Of a DNA stretch of 35,380 nt, positions 13,573 through 20,615 are shown piece after piece. Numbering within the stretch: the first letter of the stretch is position 1; each line of letters starts with the position of its first letter. The notes under the pieces were generated by a model. That model searched no databases. It was not told the origin of the DNA and saw only the letters and a list, made by a program, of their open reading frames with translations. The stretch is from positions 1-35,380 of the forward strand of contig JASHYB010000080.1 in the NCBI GenBank assembly GCA_030043255.1, written 5' to 3'. The position numbers were made by a program, and so were the translations under genes. This stretch comes from Thermoplasmata archaeon (GTDB lineage: Archaea; Thermoplasmatota; Thermoplasmata; Lutacidiplasmatales; UBA184).

Positions 13573-14048
13573 GTCCGCGGGAAGCCGCCGACGATCCCGA
13601 CCCCGACGGGGGTGGGCGGGGAGCGCGGAGGTCCTAGGGGCAGCCGGTCGTACTCCACGGAGTGGCGGATACCGCGGCGCCGGAGCATCTGCGAAACGTG
13701 CTCGGTGATCTGCACCACCTCCTGGCAGCGCGACGGCTTGGCGAAGTACATCTCCACCCGACGCTCGTCGGCGAGCGGGAAGATCAGTCGCAGCCCGAAC
13801 GGGTCCTGCCGGTTGTAGCCGACCGGCTTGCGGTTGCCCTTGAGGTCCCGCAGGTTCTCGTCCAGCAGCACCTCCGGCAGCAGCGGGTCCGCTTCCCGGA
13901 CGAACGGCCGGTTCATCTCGACGACCCGCTTGTGGATCTCCGGGTACACCCGGAGGAGGTCCCGGTAGTCGCGCTTGGGTTCGAGCAGGATGTGCCCGCT
14001 GCGGGCCTTCACCGGGGCGCTCACGCCGCTCGTAGCCCGTCCCCGCAC
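13569..14048 (-). CDS. hypothetical protein
   Basis: The 159-aa ORF has balanced, non-shadow composition (HILLEPKRDYRDLLRVYPEIHKRVVEMNRPFVREADPLLPEVLLDENLRDLKGNRKPVGYNRQDPFGLRLIFPL...). I did not recognise a family. The start is GTG 14048 or an internal GTG. Its stop overlaps the stop of the convergent gene. Confidence 0.65.
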   Translation of the reverse strand: MRGRATSGVSAPVKARSGHILLEPKRDYRDLLRVYPEIHKRVVEMNRPFVREADPLLPEVLLDENLRDLKGNRKPVGYNRQDPFGLRLIFPLADERRVEMYFAKPSRCQEVVQITEHVSQMLRRRGIRHSVEYDRLPLGPPRSPPTPVGVGIVGGFPRT

Positions 14049-14147
14049 TTAGGTTCTCGCGCGGAGCCGCTCCGGGGCCTCCAGGGAACCGTGACGGCCG
14101 TCCCAGAGGAGCAAGGTTCAAGGGCGACGCCCCTTAGCGGGGCGGGC

Positions 14148-14249
14148 GCTCCCGTAGTCTAGTGGTCAAGGATAGAGGCCTCTCGAGCCTCTGACGCGGG
14201 TTCAAAAGGGGCCGGCCGGCGCCGACCCCGGAAACTCCCGCCGGGAGCA
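14148..14249 (+). tRNA. tRNA-Glu (anticodon CUC) with a ~29-nt intron in the T-loop
   Basis: Folded by hand. The acceptor stem GCTCCCG (14148-54) pairs with CGGGAGC (14242-48) over a perfect 7 bp. U8 is present, and the D-arm is GTCT/AGTGGTCAA/GGAT. The anticodon stem GAGGC/GCCTC carries loop CTCTCGA, giving anticodon CTC. T-stem GCGGG (14196-200) pairs with CCCGC (14237-41), but 36 nt lie between them instead of 7. The discriminator is A 14249, and CCA is not encoded. Confidence 0.8.
14207..14235 (+). other. putative non-canonical tRNA intron (position ~59/60 in the T-loop)
   Basis: Removing AGGGGCCGGCCGGCGCCGACCCCGGAAAC restores a canonical T-arm GCGGG-TTCAAAT-CCCGC. The exact splice junctions are ambiguous by 1-2 nt. 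The insert has a GGGG...CCCC helix. Confidence 0.6.
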
Positions 14250-14266
14250 CCTTGCCCGTCGGGCAC

Positions 14267-14294
14267 GCTGGGTCCGCTGGGTCCGCTTTGGTCC
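14267..14294 (+). repeat. short tandem direct repeat downstream of the tRNA
   Basis: GCTGGGTCC GCTGGGTCC GCTTTGGTCC, read directly from the sequence. Confidence 0.7.
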
Positions 14295-14392
14295 GACGGA
14301 TGGGGCAGGCCGTCCACGACTCTTTCGGGGCCGGGAGGTCACGGGGAAGCAAGTAACTCCCGAGGGGTTCGTAGGGTCCGTTTTCCTCAAGG

Positions 14393-14402
14393 TTCTTATA
14401 GG
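14393..14402 (+). promoter_or_regulatory. TATA-like box for the substrate-binding-protein gene, followed by an SD-like GGTGGGAGG at 14433-14441
   Basis: TTCTTATAGG is an AT-rich island in GC-rich DNA about 50 nt upstream of ATG 14451. The GGTGGGAGG ends 9 nt before the ATG. Confidence 0.5.
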
Positions 14403-14450
14403 GGTAACCTCTCTCCCCCGCAGACCCGACAAGGTGGGAGGGTCAAATCG

Positions 14451-17400
14451 ATGGAGAATACCATGAGAGGAAAGCGGACTCTAGCGATCGCCGCATGCCT
14501 TGTGATGATACTTGGCATGGGGCTGACCGTGGTGTCTGGCGCGGCGTTGGCTCACCCCGTGAGCCCCGCGGCGGCCAGTTCCGGGGCCACGTCGCTAGCG
14601 GGAGCCAAGACGTCGAACTATCCAGTGAGTGGCCACAAGGGTAGTCTCGTGGTCGACGACGCCTTCGGGGGCGCGGTAGCCTTCTCCGAAGACCCGGCGG
14701 TCGACTACGAAACGATCGGTTACGAACCTATTTTGAACGTGTATCAGGGGCTTCTCGGCTACAACGGGTCGAGCTCGACGGGCAGCAGCCTGTCGCAGTT
14801 CGTGCCGGTGTTGGCGACCTGCGTGCCGGGCACCGCACAGTGCACGGCGGACTACGGCACCGACCTGGTCGTCGACAACGCGACCAGCGGCGGCCCGCAG
14901 TACTACACGTTCGTCATCGACCCGGCGGCGCACTTCTACGACCCGTCGACGCAGGCCTCTTGGTCGGTCTACCCGACGGACGTGATGTTCTCGATCGCGC
15001 GCGACATGGCGTGGAGCCAGCAGGACGGGGTCGGGACGACGGCCGGATGGCTGGTCGCCCAGACGCTTCTGCCGAACGCCACGTCCAACGGACCGTTCGC
15101 GGGCGAGTCGTACCAGGCGACGCCGACGGACATCTACAGCTCGATGCTGATCAACGACTCGAACTACTGCCCGGCGAGCGCGATGAACGGGGTCACCGGT
15201 AACGGCTGCATCACGTTCAACGTGGACGGCCAGGGCGCGCTGTGGCCGCAGACGCTGTTCTACCAGGTGCTGGCGGACGGCTTCATGTCGGTCGTCTCGT
15301 GCGCGTGGTACTCCCACAACGGGGACAACCTGACCGGCTGGGACAGCCCGGACAACGGCTCGAGCCAGGACAGCTCGTGCCTGCTGCCGGACGGCCAGAA
15401 GACCACCGACAACTCCGCGTGGACCAACTACGTCAACAGCCTGCCGGAGACGTACTGGGACAACTACGAGAACGAGATCATCACGATCGAGGCCGACGAC
15501 GGCGCTGAGCCGGGGGCCCCGAACGCGCAGTACACCCAGATCGGCTCGGGCCCGTACTACTCGATCCTGCGGCCGACGGGGAGCCCACCGGGCTACACCC
15601 TGTTCGCGAACCCGGCGTACGAGCAGCCGAGCGCCTTCTCGGGCGCCCACGGCCTGGCGACGTACCCGGACAGCTACAGCTGGCCGGCGCCGGGCGGGTA
15701 CATCCCCCAGGTGACGATCAACTGGGACGAGTACAGCAACGCGGCGATCGAGGGCTACGAGCAGGGGACCATTGACCTCGGGGCGATCCTGCCGAACGAC
15801 ACGGCGAGCCTGCTCAGCCTGCAGCAGAGCGGCGATCTCTCGTACTTCGACGTGCCGACGCTGAGCAGCTTCTTCTCGCCGATCAACCTGAACTACAGCA
15901 TCTCGGCGTGGGACAGCGACTCGTTCACGGAGTTCGGTACCCCGAACGTTCCGGCCGACTTCTTCTCGGGCGTGGCGGCGCGGCAGCTGTTCATCCACGC
16001 CTACGACTACACCACGGCGGAGGAGAAGGGCGAGACGATCCTGAACGTGCAGTACCAGTACCTCGCGGGCGGACCGATCGCCAACGGGATGGACTACGAC
16101 CCGACGAACATCACCTACCCGTACGAGGAGGGCAACGCCGGGACGAACCCGGCGGTCAACGGTAGCGCCGCGTGGTGGTGGCAGCAGGGGACGGACCCGT
16201 CCTCGCCCTACTACGACCCGGAGCTGGCCGCGTGCACGAAGTCCTCTCCGTGCGTGCTGGGCATCGTCGGGGAGACGGGCGACTCGGGCTACGATGTCGG
16301 GAAGGACGCGCTGGCGGCCAGCCTCGTGAACATCACGGGCGGCGCCATCCAGCCGTTCCTGGCCGACTTCAACTTCGCCGAAGTCCCGCCGGACCTGATC
16401 CCGGAGCAGACGGGTGCGCTGCCGACCGATGGGCCGCTGCAGATCTACACCCTGGGCTGGGCGGCGGACAACTTCGACCCCGAGGACTACCTGATCCCGA
16501 TGGCCTACCCCAACAGCACGTACACGTTCTCGGACGCGGTGCAGCAGCAGTTCGACATCGCGGAGTACGATGACGTGGCGAGCTGCGGGCACAGCGCGGC
16601 GAACCTGACCAACCTGATCTACTGGGCCAAGTACGGCGAGCTGACGAACGGCTGCGAGGGCGTCGCCTACAACGTCATCTCCGGCGGCGAGTTCTACAAC
16701 TCGACGCACGAGACGAACGCGGCGACCCGCGGGATCATGTACTGGGCGATCCAGACGATCCTGACGAACCTCGGGCTGTACATCTGGCAGGGCCAGTCGA
16801 ACCAGGTGACGAGCTACGCTCCGTGGATCGAGGCCTCGAGCATCAACACGAACCCGACGATCGGGGGCGGCGGCGACCAGCTGTGGTTCCAGATCCGGTA
16901 CGTTCCGTACGAGACGCACGTGACGTTCACGGAGAAGGGCCTGCCGAGCGGCTCGACCTTCAACGTGACGCTGGCCGACAGCGCCTCGCCGCAGGGCGTG
17001 ACGAACTCGAGCAACGGCACCGCGGCGACCAGCTTCTTCGCGCCGAACGGCACGATCAGCTACTCGTTCCCGGTGGTACCCGCTGGCTACGCGATCAGCT
17101 CGGTCACCGGCCCGAAGGGGACGACGACGACGGGCTCGACGGTCTCGGGGAGCGTCAAGGGCACGGCCCTGACGGTGAAGTTCGTCGCGGTGAACTCGCT
17201 CACGTTCACCGAAACGGGCTTACCGACCGGAACGACGTGGGGCATCAGTCTGACGTGGTCCGCCTCGAAGGGCGGTCCGCCGGACGGTAACGCCGGCGAC
17301 GCGACGTACTACCAGAACACGACCGCGAGCTCGATCTCGCTGAACGTGGCCGGTGGTGCGTGGAAGTTCGCGGTGTATGTGCCCACGAACTACAAGGTGA

Positions 17401-17735
17401 ACTTGCCGAAGGGCTCGGCCGCGGTCAAGACGACCGTGGACACCCCGGCGAGCAAGGCCTTGAAGTTCACCATCGTGACGGGAACGTACGTGTTCAGCGA
17501 GAAGGGGCTGAAGAAGGACACGACGTGGGGCGCGACGGTCACCGGTGCGGTGAACGACACGACGGTCTGTTCGTTCTCCACGACGAAGGCCTCCGACACC
17601 TGCAAGCTCGTCAGCGGAACGTACGACTACACCGTCTCGAGCGTGACCGGCTACACGGCGGCCCCGGCGAGCGGATCGTTCACCGTGACGGCCCCGAAGG
17701 GCGGCACGGAGAAGACGACGTACACCGCCACCTAG
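14451..17735 (+). CDS. ABC transporter substrate-binding protein, family 5 (peptide/nickel/oligosaccharide type), with three C-terminal beta-sandwich repeats
   Basis: The 1094-aa ORF has an N-terminal signal/anchor (LAIAACLVMILGMGLTVVSGAALA). The family-5 SBP-like core includes EPILNVYQGLLGY...YYTFVIDPAAHFYD...VMFSIARD. There are many N-x-S/T sequons. The C-terminus carries 3 copies of a FTE.GLP.G.T..V.L module. Confidence 0.9.
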   Translation: MENTMRGKRTLAIAACLVMILGMGLTVVSGAALAHPVSPAAASSGATSLAGAKTSNYPVSGHKGSLVVDDAFGGAVAFSEDPAVDYETIGYEPILNVYQGLLGYNGSSSTGSSLSQFVPVLATCVPGTAQCTADYGTDLVVDNATSGGPQYYTFVIDPAAHFYDPSTQASWSVYPTDVMFSIARDMAWSQQDGVGTTAGWLVAQTLLPNATSNGPFAGESYQATPTDIYSSMLINDSNYCPASAMNGVTGNGCITFNVDGQGALWPQTLFYQVLADGFMSVVSCAWYSHNGDNLTGWDSPDNGSSQDSSCLLPDGQKTTDNSAWTNYVNSLPETYWDNYENEIITIEADDGAEPGAPNAQYTQIGSGPYYSILRPTGSPPGYTLFANPAYEQPSAFSGAHGLATYPDSYSWPAPGGYIPQVTINWDEYSNAAIEGYEQGTIDLGAILPNDTASLLSLQQSGDLSYFDVPTLSSFFSPINLNYSISAWDSDSFTEFGTPNVPADFFSGVAARQLFIHAYDYTTAEEKGETILNVQYQYLAGGPIANGMDYDPTNITYPYEEGNAGTNPAVNGSAAWWWQQGTDPSSPYYDPELAACTKSSPCVLGIVGETGDSGYDVGKDALAASLVNITGGAIQPFLADFNFAEVPPDLIPEQTGALPTDGPLQIYTLGWAADNFDPEDYLIPMAYPNSTYTFSDAVQQQFDIAEYDDVASCGHSAANLTNLIYWAKYGELTNGCEGVAYNVISGGEFYNSTHETNAATRGIMYWAIQTILTNLGLYIWQGQSNQVTSYAPWIEASSINTNPTIGGGGDQLWFQIRYVPYETHVTFTEKGLPSGSTFNVTLADSASPQGVTNSSNGTAATSFFAPNGTISYSFPVVPAGYAISSVTGPKGTTTTGSTVSGSVKGTALTVKFVAVNSLTFTETGLPTGTTWGISLTWSASKGGPPDGNAGDATYYQNTTASSISLNVAGGAWKFAVYVPTNYKVNLPKGSAAVKTTVDTPASKALKFTIVTGTYVFSEKGLKKDTTWGATVTGAVNDTTVCSFSTTKASDTCKLVSGTYDYTVSSVTGYTAAPASGSFTVTAPKGGTEKTTYTAT
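16917..17732 (+). repeat. three tandem ~90-aa coding repeats (GLPxGTxW-type beta-sandwich modules)
   Basis: The repeats start at VTFTEKGLPSGSTFNVTL (about 16920), LTFTETGLPTGTTWGISL (about 17199) and YVFSEKGLKKDTTWGATV (about 17486). Confidence 0.75.
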
Positions 17736-17760
17736 ACCCGAGCCCGGGTCCAGGTCCAAC

Positions 17761-17785
17761 CCTTTCCTCCCTTTTCTTCTTCTTC
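17761..17785 (+). terminator. pyrimidine/T-rich tract after the SBP gene, followed by a hairpin at 17826-17845
   Basis: The tract cctttcctcccttttcttcttcttc begins 26 nt after the stop. The hairpin is AACGGGCC-cgtc-GGCCCGTT. Oligo-T tracts act as archaeal terminators. Confidence 0.5.
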
Positions 17786-17880
17786 GGGCAGGGACGAACT
17801 CCGGCCTCGGCAGATTAGATAGCTAAACGGGCCCGTCGGCCCGTTCTCGGCGGTCCGGCGTGCCGTTCCCCACGAAGGGT

Positions 17881-17890
17881 GTTTATATCG
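17881..17890 (+). promoter_or_regulatory. TATA-like box upstream of the first permease gene
   Basis: GTTTATATCG lies about 50 nt upstream of ATG 17935, and an SD-like GGGAGG lies at 17893-17898. Confidence 0.45.
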
Positions 17891-17934
17891 CCGGGAGGTT
17901 CGGGTTACCGTCCCGCTGCCGGGATCGCACGACC

Positions 17935-19254
17935 ATGCGGATGACGACGTACATCGTGCGCCGTTGCCTGCTGTTGGTCCCGGTGCTGCTCGGCGTGATC
18001 ACGATCGTCTTCGTGCTGTTCCACGCGCTCCCGATCCAGGACCAGCTCACCGCGCACTTCGGCAACCCGCCAAAGACCCGGCCCTGCGCGTACATGCCGA
18101 GTTGTCCGTGCAAAGACGAGACCCCGACCAACGCGCTGGGCAGCGGCAACACCTGCCACTGCATCGGCAGCAACGTCACCGTCACGAAAGAGACGTTGTG
18201 CACCGACCCGATCTGGACTCACGACACGACCCTGTTGGGCCTCAACCAGCCGGTCTGGACCCAGTGGGCGAACTACACCTACCGCGCGCTGACCTTCCAC
18301 TGGGGGCGGATCGAGAACGAGAGTACGCTCGGTTCGACGATCTCCCTGTTCAAGAACATGAAGGTCACGACCGCCATCCGCATCTTCCTGCCCTACACCC
18401 TCGAGCTCGCGGCGCTCTCGCTCACCATCATCCTGGCGATCGCGCTGCCGCTGGGCAACCTCGCGGCGGCGAACCGCAACCGGCCGATCGACCAGGTCTC
18501 CCGGGTGATCTCGTTCAGCGGGTTCGCCCTGCCGGCGTTCCTGTTAGGTTCGCTCGCGGTCATCGGCTTCGTCTTACTGCTCTCGCCGGCGCTGGGCACG
18601 ACCATCCATCCGCCCTGGTGTCCGGCGGGCGAGACGCTGTCGAACCAGTTCCTGAACTCGTGGCCGCAGACCGGCTCGAGCGCGCTGACCCCCAACTGTT
18701 ACGGGGTGGGCGTGCAGGAGGCCGCCCGCAACAATCCGTACCCGTCCTGGCTGATCCTCGGCTACCAGTCGACGCCCACCGGGTTCCCCACGATCGACGC
18801 GGCCTATCACGGGGACTGGTGGCTGGCGCTGGACACGGTCCTGCAGATCATGCTGCCGGCGCTCGTCATCGCCTTCGGGACGATCGCCACCGTCCTGCGG
18901 TTCGTCCGCAACAGCATGCTGGAGGTGATGAACCTCGACTTCGTCCGGACCGCCCGGGCGAAGGGGGTGCCCGAACGTACGGTGATCAAACGCCACGCCG
19001 GACGCAATTCGCTCAACGTCACCGTCACCGTGCTCGGCCTGACCTTCGCGGGGTTCCTCGGAGGGTTCCCCGTGATCGAGTCGGTCTTCCATCTGTGGGG
19101 GGTCGGCTACATGCTCGCCATCGCGATCGTCCCGCCGCTCAGCTACGCGATGATCCTCGGCTCGACGGTCCTGTTCACCTACCTGGTCGTCGCCGCGAAC
19201 CTGATCGTCGACATCCTGTACGCCTACTTGGACCCGAGGGTCCGCCTCGGCTGA
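17935..19254 (+). CDS. ABC transporter permease (OppB/DppB-like)
   Basis: The typical N-terminus YIVRRCLLLVPVLLGVITIVFVLF begins at the internal ATG 17935 of ORF 17860..19254. The EAA-loop region is FVRTARAKGVPERTVIKRHAGRNSL. The C-terminus is ANLIVDILYAYLDPRVR. Confidence 0.9.
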   Translation: MRMTTYIVRRCLLLVPVLLGVITIVFVLFHALPIQDQLTAHFGNPPKTRPCAYMPSCPCKDETPTNALGSGNTCHCIGSNVTVTKETLCTDPIWTHDTTLLGLNQPVWTQWANYTYRALTFHWGRIENESTLGSTISLFKNMKVTTAIRIFLPYTLELAALSLTIILAIALPLGNLAAANRNRPIDQVSRVISFSGFALPAFLLGSLAVIGFVLLLSPALGTTIHPPWCPAGETLSNQFLNSWPQTGSSALTPNCYGVGVQEAARNNPYPSWLILGYQSTPTGFPTIDAAYHGDWWLALDTVLQIMLPALVIAFGTIATVLRFVRNSMLEVMNLDFVRTARAKGVPERTVIKRHAGRNSLNVTVTVLGLTFAGFLGGFPVIESVFHLWGVGYMLAIAIVPPLSYAMILGSTVLFTYLVVAANLIVDILYAYLDPRVRLG

Positions 19255-19264
19255 GGGGGGTCGG

Positions 19265-20476
19265 ATGGCGTCGTCGAGCTCGGCCCCCACCGCCCTTCCG
19301 CCGCGACGCCGGCCCCACCCGAAGCTCGACCAGGCGAAGCGGAGCTGGTACTTCTTCCGCCGCAACACGCTGGCGCTGATCGGCCTCGCGATCCTGGTCA
19401 TCATCGCCGGGGTCGCCGCGTACGCGGCGACCCAGAAGATCCCCTGGACGGCGATCCCCAGCGAGTGCGTGACCGACTACGGGCCCGGCAACCCGTCCTC
19501 CGGCTACCCCGGCCCGTACAACAACAGCGGCTGCGGGAACTTCCAGCTCGCCTGCACCTACTCGAACACCCCGCCGCCGAACGCGGCCGACTACTGCAGC
19601 GGGGAGTGGTACAAGCAACCGTACCCGTACGAGCCGGCGCTCGTGCCGCCGACCTGGACCCTGAAGCCGTTCTCCGCCGGGCCGCTGCCGATGGGCGGGA
19701 TGACGCCGTTCCAGGGCCAAGGGCTCGAAGGATCGTTCATCTACAACCTGTACAACGCGATGCTCCGCGGCTCGGACTGGTCGCTGATGTTCTCCGTCGG
19801 GATCGTCGGCATCGGGGCGCTGATCGGCCTGATGGTCGGCGCGGTCGCCGGCTACTACGGCGGGATCCTGGACGACGTGCTGATGCGGCTCGTCGACATC
19901 TTCCTGTCGGTCCCGTTCATCCTGTTCGTCATCGTCATCGTGCTGGTCGTCAGCGCCGACGTCCATAGCCTGTTCGGCCTCACCCAGGCGTACACGACGC
20001 TGCTGTTGCTCGTGCTCTCCTTCGCGGCGGTCTGGTGGCCGTTCTACGGCCGCCTGGTCCGCGGCCAGGTGCTGGTCGTCCGCGAGCAGAAGTACGTCGA
20101 GGCGGCGCGGGCGAGCGGCGCCTCCAAGGGCCGGATTCTGTTCAAGCACATTGTGCCGAACAGCGTCTACCCGATCCTGATCCAGTTCTCGCTGGACGTC
20201 GGCACCGTCCCGCTCCTGCTCGGCTCGCTCGCCTACCTCGGCTTCGGCAAGTTCCTGTTCCCGTCGGCGAACTTCCCGGAGTGGGGGAACCTGGCGAGCA
20301 TCGGGGTCACGCCGATGACCGACATCGTCACCAGCTGCACCACCGGGGTGCTGGCCTGCGATCTGCCCTGGTGGCAGCTGTTCTTCCCGGGGCTCGCGCT
20401 GTTCATGTTCTCGCTCAGCGTGAACATGCTCTCGGACGGCCTGCGCGATGCCTACGACCCGCGGCTGCGCCGCTAG
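19265..20476 (+). CDS. ABC transporter permease (OppC/DppC-like)
   Basis: Motifs present: FFRRNTLALIGLAILVII, YVEAARASGASKGRILFKHIVPNSVYPILIQ and SVNMLSDGLRDAYDPRLR. An SD-like GAGGGGGG lies just upstream. Confidence 0.9.
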   Translation: MASSSSAPTALPPRRRPHPKLDQAKRSWYFFRRNTLALIGLAILVIIAGVAAYAATQKIPWTAIPSECVTDYGPGNPSSGYPGPYNNSGCGNFQLACTYSNTPPPNAADYCSGEWYKQPYPYEPALVPPTWTLKPFSAGPLPMGGMTPFQGQGLEGSFIYNLYNAMLRGSDWSLMFSVGIVGIGALIGLMVGAVAGYYGGILDDVLMRLVDIFLSVPFILFVIVIVLVVSADVHSLFGLTQAYTTLLLLVLSFAAVWWPFYGRLVRGQVLVVREQKYVEAARASGASKGRILFKHIVPNSVYPILIQFSLDVGTVPLLLGSLAYLGFGKFLFPSANFPEWGNLASIGVTPMTDIVTSCTTGVLACDLPWWQLFFPGLALFMFSLSVNMLSDGLRDAYDPRLRR

Positions 20477-20615
20477 GTCCAGCGACGGACGGCCGGGATC
20501 GAGCGGTCCGGATCGTGGGACCCGAAGGGTAAGCGTGCAGTCCCCGGACGGCCGCTGAGCGCGGACCTCGACGTCGTGGGGGCCGGCCCGCCGCCCGACC
20601 GACCCGCGGAGCGAC

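Noticed and set aside
8988-13637. 1549-aa plus-strand ORF overlapping the giant repeat gene
   Set aside because: The composition is almost purely Arg/Gly/Ala/Pro/Asp with no hydrophobic periodicity. It is the off-frame shadow of the GC3-rich real frame (9244..13572).
10111-14121. 1336-aa minus-strand ORF antisense to the repeat gene
   Set aside because: The Arg/Pro/Gly/Leu/Asp-rich composition is typical of an antisense shadow. The ORF would also run through the well-supported 13569..14048 gene in a different frame.
14148-14207. tRNA 5' fragment read as a truncated tRNA pseudogene or half of a split tRNA
   Set aside because: The matching T-stem strand and a perfectly complementary acceptor strand lie only 29 nt further on, on the same strand. 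A cis intron is the simpler reading.
14595-16919. 774-aa minus-strand ORF inside the SBP gene
   Set aside because: It is an Arg/Val/Asp/Gly-rich antisense shadow. The plus frame has a clear signal peptide and SBP family features.
17964-19379. 471-aa plus-strand ORF and the minus-strand ORFs 18574..19404 and 19175..20149 over the permease genes
   Set aside because: These are off-frame shadows with no TM helices. The chosen frames give canonical OppB/OppC-like membrane proteins.
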